64,000 bases of DNA from Treponematales bacterium (GTDB lineage Bacteria > Spirochaetota > Spirochaetia > Treponematales > JBGSOB01): the NCBI GenBank assembly GCA_041739325.1, contig JBGSOB010000100.1:3737-67736 (forward strand), in the 5' to 3' direction. Numbering within the stretch: position 1 is the first letter of the stretch; each line of letters opens with the position of its first letter. A program made the translations under genes and the position numbers. The notes under the pieces are model-generated. The model did not search any database and had not been told where the DNA came from. It saw only the letters and a list, made by a program, of their open reading frames with translations. Shown here piece after piece: positions 20,136-27,559 of this stretch.

Positions 20136-21128
20136 ATGGACTCAGTCGCCATTCTCTGGGATATTGAAAACGTCACGCCGAGCACGGACAAGCTCTTCGT
20201 TTCCGGGCTTTTGGATTACGCGGACGGTTTGGGCAGGGTTTCCATAGCCACCGCCTACGCGGACTGGACCCGCGACTTCTTAAAAAAGCTTTCCGAGATC
20301 CTGGCCGAGCACTCCTTTGAGCTAGTCCACGTGCCGCGCTCGCGCAAAAACTCCTCCGACATGACCCTGATAACCGGCGCGCTGGAGATGATTCACCAAT
20401 ACTCCCACATCACTAAGATAGTCCTTGTCACCGGCGACGCGGATTTTCGCCCCCTCCTCCTTGCCCTGCGCCGTAACAATATTGAGATACACATCATCTG
20501 CGACGCCAAGAGCGCCAGCGAGGACCTCCTTGTCTTGGCCGATGACTACAAGGATTACCGAGAGCTCTTGGTGGACAGCGAGGATGAAGAAGCCGATGAG
20601 GAAGAGCGCAGCGCCCTCTCCTTTGACGACTCCCTCAAACTCCTGGCGGAGGCGGTGGCCGCCCTGCAAAAACGCCGCAAGAGCACGTCCTTGAGCTCGG
20701 TGAAGGTGCGCATGAAACTGCTCAACGAAAATTTTGACGAAGCCGATTTCGGCTGCCGCTCCTGGAAGCAGTACGTAATGAAGGCCGCCGGGCGGGGCGC
20801 GGTTCAGCTTGAGTTCAAGGATAACGAGATGTTCTTGGCTTTAAGCGAAAAATCCAGGGCAACGGCTGCGGTGGCCGGTCAGAACGAGGTTCCCGGCATC
20901 TTTTCCCAGCTCATGTCCGCCATCCGAGACCTTGCCGCTAAGGGCGGCAAGGAGGGCTATGTTTCCTACTCCGCAGTCAACCAGCTTCTTAAGGAACGCA
21001 AGGTGGATTTCCGCGAGGCGGAGTACAAGCAATTCAAAAAACTGGTGACGGCGGCGGAAAAGCGCGGTTTTGTGGAGAGCAAGAACGACGGCCAGCACTG
21101 GTACGTAAAACTCTCCGAGGACCTTTAG
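20136..21128 (+). CDS. NYN-domain (LabA-like) ribonuclease-fold protein with two C-terminal OST-HTH/LOTUS domains
   Basis: VAILWDIENV...IVLVTGDADFRPLLLALRRNNIEIHII is the NYN/LabA core. An acidic linker and two roughly 70-aa HTH-like repeats follow. Confidence 0.75.
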   Translation: MDSVAILWDIENVTPSTDKLFVSGLLDYADGLGRVSIATAYADWTRDFLKKLSEILAEHSFELVHVPRSRKNSSDMTLITGALEMIHQYSHITKIVLVTGDADFRPLLLALRRNNIEIHIICDAKSASEDLLVLADDYKDYRELLVDSEDEEADEEERSALSFDDSLKLLAEAVAALQKRRKSTSLSSVKVRMKLLNENFDEADFGCRSWKQYVMKAAGRGAVQLEFKDNEMFLALSEKSRATAAVAGQNEVPGIFSQLMSAIRDLAAKGGKEGYVSYSAVNQLLKERKVDFREAEYKQFKKLVTAAEKRGFVESKNDGQHWYVKLSEDL

Positions 21129-21194
21129 CCGCCCTTAACAACCTTTTACACAGGCCCCCTGGCGCGCCAGACCCGCCAAGGCTATACTTATGGT

Positions 21195-22652
21195 ATGAGC
21201 CAAACCGGACACCGAGCCTTGCTCGAACGGGTTGCGCGCGAGGCCATGAAGGAGCGCGGCTTACTCACCGACTTCTCACCCGCGGCGCTTTTAGAAGTGA
21301 AGAACCCCACTCCCAGCTCTGGCGCGCCGCGTGACCTGCGGCTTTTGCCCTGGTGCTCCATAGACAACCAGGATTCACTTGACCTGGATCAGCTTTCCGT
21401 AGCCCTGCCCCAAGAGGCGGGGAGCTTGGGGCAAGACATATTGATAGCTATCGCGGATGTGGATGCCTTTGTGCCTAAGGGATCTGCTATCGATAGCCAG
21501 GCGCTCCATAACGCAACCACCGTCTATACCCCGGCCACCATCTTTTATATGATTCCCCAAGCCCTCTCCACGGATTTGACATCCCTCAATCTGCGCGAAG
21601 ACAGGCTGGCCATCGTTATCCGCCTGCGCGTTCTGCCCTCTGGGGAGCTTGCGGAATCCGAGGTCTTTCAAGCCCTGGTAAAAAATCGAGCTCGTCTTTC
21701 TTATGACGAGGTTGCCCTGTGGCTGGAAGGCAGGGCCGATCCTCCCAAAGCGGTAACCGCTCTTGAGGGCTTGGCGGACAACATTCTGGCGCAGGACGCA
21801 GCTGCCCAGGCCCTCAAAGGACAAAGGGTACAGCGAGGCTCCCTAGATTTCGAGTCCCGGGAATTCCGCCCCGTGCTGGAAGGGGATAAGCTCACGAGCC
21901 TGGCCGTCCATGGCAAAAACAGGGCGCAGGAGCTTATCGAGAATCTCATGGTAGCCGCCAACGGCGTTACGGCCGCCTTTCTTGAAGCCAGGGGATACCC
22001 CAGCCTCAGGCGGATTGTCCGCAGCCCAAAACGCTGGGAACGGATCGTGGCTATCGCGGCCTCACATGGGCATAGCCTTTCCGAAATTCCCAGCCCCAAA
22101 GCCCTCCAAGATTTCCTTGCCTTTTCTCGCAACCGCGACCCTCAAGCATATCCAGATCTCTCACGCTCTATACTCAAGCTCTTGGGAGCCGGCGAATACG
22201 CGGCACTCTTCCCCCATGAAGTCGCGCAGGGGCACTTTGGCTTGGCGGTGAGGGACTATTCCCACAGCACCGCTCCCAACCGCCGCTATCCGGACCTGAT
22301 TACCCACCGCTTGCTTAAAGCCGCCATTACCGGCCTGCCAGCCCCCTACGGCCATGAGGAGCTTGATGAGCTGGCCTCGCATTGCACCACGCAAGAAGGC
22401 TTGGCCCGCAAGGTGGAGCGCCAAGTGGGTAAGTCCGCCGCGGCCCTCTTCCTGGAGGAGTCCATCGGCCAGACCTTTAGTGCCCAAGTGACGGGGGCGG
22501 CGGAGAAGGGCACCTATATCCGCCTGAGCGATCCCCCGGTTGAGGCCAAACTTATACGCGGCTATCAAGGACTCGACGTAGGCGACAAGCTAAAGGCACG
22601 CCTCCTTTCGGTTGACGCCGAACAAGGCTTTTTGGATTTCGAGCGGGTCTAG
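21195..22652 (+). CDS. RNB-domain exoribonuclease (RNase II/R family, short form with C-terminal S1-like domain)
   Basis: Motif I SIDNQDSLDLDQLSVA and motif II IAIADVDAFVPKGSAIDSQALHNATTVYTP. The C-terminus FSAQVTGAAEKGTYIRL...KLKARLLSVD is S1-like. Confidence 0.8.
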   Translation: MSQTGHRALLERVAREAMKERGLLTDFSPAALLEVKNPTPSSGAPRDLRLLPWCSIDNQDSLDLDQLSVALPQEAGSLGQDILIAIADVDAFVPKGSAIDSQALHNATTVYTPATIFYMIPQALSTDLTSLNLREDRLAIVIRLRVLPSGELAESEVFQALVKNRARLSYDEVALWLEGRADPPKAVTALEGLADNILAQDAAAQALKGQRVQRGSLDFESREFRPVLEGDKLTSLAVHGKNRAQELIENLMVAANGVTAAFLEARGYPSLRRIVRSPKRWERIVAIAASHGHSLSEIPSPKALQDFLAFSRNRDPQAYPDLSRSILKLLGAGEYAALFPHEVAQGHFGLAVRDYSHSTAPNRRYPDLITHRLLKAAITGLPAPYGHEELDELASHCTTQEGLARKVERQVGKSAAALFLEESIGQTFSAQVTGAAEKGTYIRLSDPPVEAKLIRGYQGLDVGDKLKARLLSVDAEQGFLDFERV

Positions 22653-22664
22653 GGAGCTAGGAGC

Positions 22665-24278
22665 ATGAGAAGGAGCGGCATTCAAACGGCGCATCCCTTA
22701 TTCGCGTTTTCTCTTTTTCCCGGCGTCTATTCCCTCATCTTGCCCCCCATCTTGACCCTCATCTTTTTTTCAGCTTCTCTCTGGGCGGATGATGAGGGTC
22801 TCAAACCCGCAACCCTCATTCCCATGGATTCAGGCTGGGTTATATCGGCTAACGACCCCAATTTCTATGATCCCGGAGACAATGTAGGTTATCGCTGGAC
22901 GCGTGAAAAAAGCGGGTATCGCCAGCTGAGCGTCTGGAGCGAAAACTGCGGTGTGGTTTCCATGAACAGCGCCGGCTTCAAACTCATTCTCCCCCAGCCC
23001 GGTAGCTACCAGGTTTATGCCTACATTCTCCCGGGGAAGAAGGTAGCCCCCTTAACCTTCTTCAGCGGCTATACGGAGACGCATTTTTCAGAGGGTGAGA
23101 GCCAAAGAATCTATAAGAAATCATGGATTTATATGGGCTCTCTCAGCAATGACAGCGGCGCCTACGACCTGACTATCGACCATTCCAGCCAGCTTCCGGA
23201 AAAAACCCAAAGGCTTTATTTTTCCGCCCTCTTCTTCCTTCCGGAAACCGCTGCCGCCCTCAAACGCGCTGGCGGAACAGATGTTGACGAAGAGACGGGG
23301 GACAAAGCAAACCCGCCACATCAAAACTTCCGCCTTCTAAACGGCCCCAGCAAGGAACAAGCTCTCAAGCGCTGGGAAGAAGCTAGGCCTAGAAAAGCCT
23401 ACGCTAGCGCCTTTGCCCGCGCCCCTTCAACAAGCCTTCCCTATTATGAAGGTAAACTCGATGCCGCCTTCGTCAAAGACGGCTTGGCAATGCTCAACTT
23501 CGTACGCTACCTTGCCGGGCTGAACGACGCTATAGCCCTTGCCGATTTCAAGATGTCTAACTCTCAAAAGGCCGCTGTCGTCCTCGCCGCGGGCCATCAA
23601 GTCCGGCACTTCCCAAACCGCCCGGCCGATATGCCAGAGGAATTTTTCTGGTTGGGGCAGGGAGGCTGTATGCGTGGCAATCTCTTTGATAAAATGCGTA
23701 GTTTTCCAGAGGCCATCTCAGGCTTCCTCTTTGACCCCGTCTACGAAAATCTCGGGCACAGGCTTTCACTGCTAAGCCCTTCCTTAAAAACATCAGGCTT
23801 CGGCTACGCGGAAAAAGACGGGGTTCCGTACGGCGTCGTCACGACCACTATTACCAAGAACTACTTCCAGTTTCCCGAGACCGGCTTAATCGCGTGGCCG
23901 CCGCCGGGAGTATTCCCCGTGGATCTTCTCTACCAAAAAAACTACCGCTGGTCGCTTTCCTTCGACCCCCAAAAATTCATACTGCCAGATAGCCCCCACG
24001 AACTGAGGGTCGAGTACAGCCGCTCAAGCGCCAAGGAAGGCAAAAAGGTTCAGGTTTTGGATTCCCGCATCAACTCCAGCTACAACTCCCAAGCTGCCTA
24101 CTTCGACTGCGACCCCCAAGACACAAAAGCCTACCACCTAGCCTTTAGGCCAGCGGGAGAAGCCTACAAAATCGGAGATACAGCCACTATCCGTATAGAC
24201 GGCATGCGCGACGCGAAAAGCGGGGAAAGGGTCATAATCATCTACAGCGTGGAATTCATTGATCTGCCGGGCTTTTGA
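22665..24278 (+). CDS. Secreted protein with central CAP/SCP-like domain and unknown N- and C-terminal domains
   Basis: N-terminal hydrophobic signal. LNFVRYLAGLNDAIALADFKMSNSQKAAVVLAAGHQVRHFPNRP...NLGHRLSLLSPSLKTSGFGY resembles CAP family blocks. Confidence 0.55.
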   Translation: MRRSGIQTAHPLFAFSLFPGVYSLILPPILTLIFFSASLWADDEGLKPATLIPMDSGWVISANDPNFYDPGDNVGYRWTREKSGYRQLSVWSENCGVVSMNSAGFKLILPQPGSYQVYAYILPGKKVAPLTFFSGYTETHFSEGESQRIYKKSWIYMGSLSNDSGAYDLTIDHSSQLPEKTQRLYFSALFFLPETAAALKRAGGTDVDEETGDKANPPHQNFRLLNGPSKEQALKRWEEARPRKAYASAFARAPSTSLPYYEGKLDAAFVKDGLAMLNFVRYLAGLNDAIALADFKMSNSQKAAVVLAAGHQVRHFPNRPADMPEEFFWLGQGGCMRGNLFDKMRSFPEAISGFLFDPVYENLGHRLSLLSPSLKTSGFGYAEKDGVPYGVVTTTITKNYFQFPETGLIAWPPPGVFPVDLLYQKNYRWSLSFDPQKFILPDSPHELRVEYSRSSAKEGKKVQVLDSRINSSYNSQAAYFDCDPQDTKAYHLAFRPAGEAYKIGDTATIRIDGMRDAKSGERVIIIYSVEFIDLPGF

Positions 24279-24326
24279 TTTTCTTACTTGACCTCGGGGC
24301 GATCCTGGGTAACACTGTAGTCACCG

Positions 24327-25811
24327 ATGCCGAACACTTCATCCCCCTACCATGATAAGGGCTTCCTCAAACTGGAACGCGAATTGGAGCGCCTGGGCAA
24401 GTCGGGAGCCTCAGCCTCTGTAATAGCCGCCCGGCTCTGCGCCATATTTATTGACAAGAACCGCGCTTTTAGGGAATACGATTCGCGCGAACTCTCCCCG
24501 GAATCAGTAGCCGCAGACTACCTCCTGCCGCGCAAAGACCTCCATCACTTTGCGGTGGAAAACTGGATCCGCCACATTTTCCTGCCAAGCCTGCCTGAAT
24601 CTTGCAGAGCATCCCTTTTGGTATTCGGTTTGGGCCGCCTCTTCTCAATCTACAACGACCTTGGGGTTCAGCACTCAACCGATGTCGACATCAACATCAT
24701 ACACCCCGACGAACTTGGGCGCAAAGAAAAGGACTGCGTTGCGCGAGCCTTGGTAAGGCTGAACACGGAGCTCCATGACAACTTCGGCATCGTGCTTGAG
24801 CTTCACGCGGACTTCAGCCTCCTTTCCCCGCGGGACATAAACAAACGCATGGAATCCAAAAAGCCCCAGGAGAGGGCTGCCGCCGTCTTGTTCTACAAGG
24901 CCAACGAAAAGAGCATCCGCGTCATTCAGGATAACCCAGCCCTCCGCGAGGCTGTCTTTGGCCGGGTGCGGGAACTGCCGGACGCCTATCTCTTCGAGCA
25001 CTTCCTTGGCCTTTCCACACCGAAGTCCAGTTTTTGCAAAATCCGCCAAGGCCAAAGCCTCTTGATAGGCCAGGACAGTCAGGGCCCGCGCAGCGCCGTA
25101 AAAACGGTGATCGGCTCGCGCGCCTACGACCTCTACTGCCGCAGGGTATTCCCACAACGCCTCTTCATCTCCCCGCCTGATTGGCATTTTTCCATGAAGT
25201 ACTTCGTAAACCGCGTTTACGACTATGTCTGCGCCATGCGCAACCTCGGCTATAGCCTGGGCCAGATAGGCCTCGGGTCCACAAAGGGCAATGACGGCAG
25301 CGACCCCGACTATCATTACCTGCGCAACGCCCACAAGCTCACCCTTTACCTGCAAGAGCTGGCTGAAGAAAAGCTGGGCGCCTATAACGCGGCCATCGAT
25401 TCAAGCTATCTATCCCGCGAACGCTTCCTGCGCTTTATGGAAATTTGCGGGGATCGTTTCCGCGCAGATTTTGACGGCATGGTCATAGCCGGCGGTCTTA
25501 TTCCACCCAGCCGCGCCCTGCGCTATCAAGAGCTCCAAAAAAAGACAAAGGCGCGGGTGCGCGACCGCTTTATGGAGGGCCCGTTGGAGGAACTCAAGAC
25601 CTTTCCGCCCGGCTTCCGCTACGAGTCTACCCATAAGGACGCCAATGGCTACCGCATCTACGTTCCCTACTCCTGGGCGGATTCCGGCTACTATGTTTTT
25701 TCAAGCATCGCCGAGCGCCTTACCGCCATCGTAGAGGAAAAACTCATCCCAGCCCTACCGGGCCTAGGCATGCCGGCATCGGGCATGGCCCGTTACCTTC
25801 AGCCGCGCTAA
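24327..25811 (+). CDS. Hypothetical cytoplasmic protein with a possible nucleotidyltransferase-fold motif
   Basis: LLVFGLGRLFSIYNDLGVQHSTDVDINIIHP loosely fits the G[GS]...DxD pattern of GlnD/GlnE-like NTases, but the Gly-to-Asp spacing is longer than usual. A candidate promoter is TTGACC (24289-24294), 17 nt, AACACT. Confidence 0.35.
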   Translation: MPNTSSPYHDKGFLKLERELERLGKSGASASVIAARLCAIFIDKNRAFREYDSRELSPESVAADYLLPRKDLHHFAVENWIRHIFLPSLPESCRASLLVFGLGRLFSIYNDLGVQHSTDVDINIIHPDELGRKEKDCVARALVRLNTELHDNFGIVLELHADFSLLSPRDINKRMESKKPQERAAAVLFYKANEKSIRVIQDNPALREAVFGRVRELPDAYLFEHFLGLSTPKSSFCKIRQGQSLLIGQDSQGPRSAVKTVIGSRAYDLYCRRVFPQRLFISPPDWHFSMKYFVNRVYDYVCAMRNLGYSLGQIGLGSTKGNDGSDPDYHYLRNAHKLTLYLQELAEEKLGAYNAAIDSSYLSRERFLRFMEICGDRFRADFDGMVIAGGLIPPSRALRYQELQKKTKARVRDRFMEGPLEELKTFPPGFRYESTHKDANGYRIYVPYSWADSGYYVFSSIAERLTAIVEEKLIPALPGLGMPASGMARYLQPR

Positions 25812-25825
25812 ATCCTAGCTTAAGG

Positions 25826-25864
25826 GGGACAGAGCTTGACCGACGGGCGATTGGGCATCACAAT
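25826..25864 (+). promoter_or_regulatory. Candidate sigma70-type promoter of the response-regulator gene, preceded by a GGGACAGAGCT motif
   Basis: The motif is at 25826-25836, TTGACC at 25836-25841, a 17-nt spacer, and CACAAT at 25859-25864. Only 8 nt separate the -10 from the ATG, and there is no SD. Confidence 0.45.
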
Positions 25865-25872
25865 CTGCCATC

Positions 25873-26499
25873 ATGATACGCATCCTTATCGTAGACGACG
25901 AGCTTTTGATGATCGACGGCATCGTCGCCATGCTTTCGGATCAAGCGGACATCCAGGTAGTGGGCAAGGCCACGACTGCCGCTTCCGTCCTCCCCTTGGC
26001 CCTTGAGCTCAAGCCTGACATCGTCATCCTCGACGTACTCATGAACGACGGCCACGGGGTAGCCATAACCCATAAACTGAAAAAGGCCATCCCCGAGCTC
26101 AAGATTATCGGCTGTTCGACCTGCCTGGCGCCGCGGACTATCGAGGCCATGCTCAAGGCCGGCGCCCGCGCCTATCTGACAAAGAGCGAAAACGAGGGCG
26201 TGCTTGAGGCGGCGGTGCGTTCCATGGCCAAGGACGATCCGGTCTATTTAAGCCCGCGCACCATCTTGGCCATGAATGACGACAAGCTAAAACTGGACAA
26301 GCTCACCGAGCGCGAGCGCGAAGTCCTAGCCTACCTCTGCCGCGACATCATCCCCAAGGTCGTTGCCAGGGAGATGGGCATATCGGTCAAAACCGTATAC
26401 AACCACATAGACCATATCTGCGAAAAGGCCGGGGTCACCAACCTGATCCAGCTTTATCCGGTGGCCATCCGTGAAGGCTTGATCGAGAGCCAGGGCTAG
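25873..26499 (+). CDS. NarL/FixJ (LuxR-type HTH) family response regulator
   Basis: Receiver domain MIRILIVDDELLM...DIVILDVLM... and C-terminal LTEREREVLAYLCRD...KTVYNHIDHICEKAGV. No histidine kinase gene is adjacent. Confidence 0.9.
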   Translation: MIRILIVDDELLMIDGIVAMLSDQADIQVVGKATTAASVLPLALELKPDIVILDVLMNDGHGVAITHKLKKAIPELKIIGCSTCLAPRTIEAMLKAGARAYLTKSENEGVLEAAVRSMAKDDPVYLSPRTILAMNDDKLKLDKLTEREREVLAYLCRDIIPKVVAREMGISVKTVYNHIDHICEKAGVTNLIQLYPVAIREGLIESQG

Positions 26500-27262
26500 G
26501 CTCCTTTCTTCTCTCATGGCGGGCCTTGGCTTCACCCCGCCTGTGACTGGCTTGGCGCCCTTCCGTGTTCAGGCGCCGCTCTCGCTGAAAGCAAAAAAAC
26601 AGAGATCCCAAGCCGCCGGGAATCATACGCTTCTCCGATTCCGAAAGCCAGCCCCAGGCGTCCATCACAATGCAATCAATGATAAGGGAAGGGCTGAGGC
26701 CAGCCCGGCCTTTCTTGACCCGAACCGGTAAGGCGCAATCCTTTATCGCGCTTGCGCCGTTCAATGCCGGCCAAAAGCCGTGCCAACCTTGGTCTCCGGC
26801 GGGGAGGGCGGAAAGACCGGCGCTTGACGCCCAGACCCCTTCTAAACGGCTGTGGAGCTTTTCCAGGGAGTGCTCACAAAAAGCCAAACCCATCTGCTCG
26901 GGACTGATGGAAGTGGAACCCAAAAGCTCTGTCGGCATGAGGCGGTTGGCTTCTATATCGCAGGCATAATTCCACAAGAGGGCATTGCCGGACTGAGGCG
27001 TCCTCAAGGGATGCTTGAGGATGAGGTGGAGTAGCTCGTGAACGATGGCGCCCATGCGTTGCCTCTCCTCAGTGAGCTGCTCGAAGAGAAAGAGCGGATT
27101 GATCATAAGCAAGGGCTTGTCCTCGCTAAAACCTAGGCCCACGCTGGGTATTTCCAGGCAGAGGCGTCGCGTCACGCGGGAAGCCACTCGGGAGAAAAAG
27201 GGATAGGAAAGCGCCAGCCTGTCTAAGAGGCGATCCAGGGCTTGAGCATGCATAGTGCCCAT
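26435..27262 (-). CDS. Putative HExxH metallopeptidase-domain protein (DUF2201_N-like)
   Basis: GAIVHELLHLILKHPLR...WNYACDIEANRLMP. The likely start ATG at 27262 lies 1 nt after the stop of a small upstream ORF (TAAGATG). The low-complexity C-terminal tail overlaps the convergent response-regulator gene by 65 nt. Confidence 0.55.
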   Translation of the reverse strand: MGTMHAQALDRLLDRLALSYPFFSRVASRVTRRLCLEIPSVGLGFSEDKPLLMINPLFLFEQLTEERQRMGAIVHELLHLILKHPLRTPQSGNALLWNYACDIEANRLMPTELLGSTSISPEQMGLAFCEHSLEKLHSRLEGVWASSAGLSALPAGDQGWHGFWPALNGASAIKDCALPVRVKKGRAGLSPSLIIDCIVMDAWGWLSESEKRMIPGGLGSLFFCFQRERRLNTEGRQASHRRGEAKARHERRKEPSPGSRSSLHGWPPDKAGSGW

Positions 27263-27263
27263 C

Positions 27264-27419
27264 TTAAGCCCCCCCGCCCAAAAGGCCGCTTTGCGCCAGA
27301 TAGCGCAGCGCCTCAGGTCCAAGGGCCAATAGGCTGAAGAAAAAGGCAACAGCCAAACCCCTTAAGGCGAGAGCGGCGCTTGCGGCCGCTCCATCTTCTT
27401 TTTTAATCTCAATCATCAT
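27264..27419 (-). CDS. Possible small membrane protein (about 50 aa), translationally coupled to the metallopeptidase-like gene
   Basis: AAGGAGGGC precedes ATGATG (27419/27416). The product reads MMIEIKKEDGAAASAALALRGLAVAFFFSLLALGPEALRYLAQSGLLGGGA with one hydrophobic helix. It is below the length cutoff of the ORF track. Confidence 0.35.
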   Translation of the reverse strand: MMIEIKKEDGAAASAALALRGLAVAFFFSLLALGPEALRYLAQSGLLGGGA

Positions 27420-27512
27420 GCCCTCCTTATGCGGGGAAGGGGCCCATTCTTAGGACCAGATCCTTTCGCATAGAAAAAGCATAGATTGCTTTTAGCTTTC
27501 CTGAAATCCGGC

Positions 27513-27558
27513 AAAAGTCCCAAAGCCGGATGGGAAAAGTCCCATAGCGCCGGATGGG
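27513..27558. repeat. Tandem direct repeat AAAAGTCCCA(A/T)AGC(GC)CGGATGGG x2, immediately downstream of the CAP/lectin-like gene stop
   Basis: Units at 27513-27534 and 27535-27558. On the minus strand each unit forms a short hairpin followed by ACTTTT, and ATCCGGC...GCCGGAT plus TTT is a possible terminator. Confidence 0.7.
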
Positions 27559-27559
27559 G

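Noticed and set aside
26435-26499. Calling the metallopeptidase-like gene a pseudogene because of its odd C-terminal tail and the 65-nt convergent overlap.
   Set aside because: The frame has no internal stop, and I cannot compare its length with homologs here. It is left as a CDS with a caveat.
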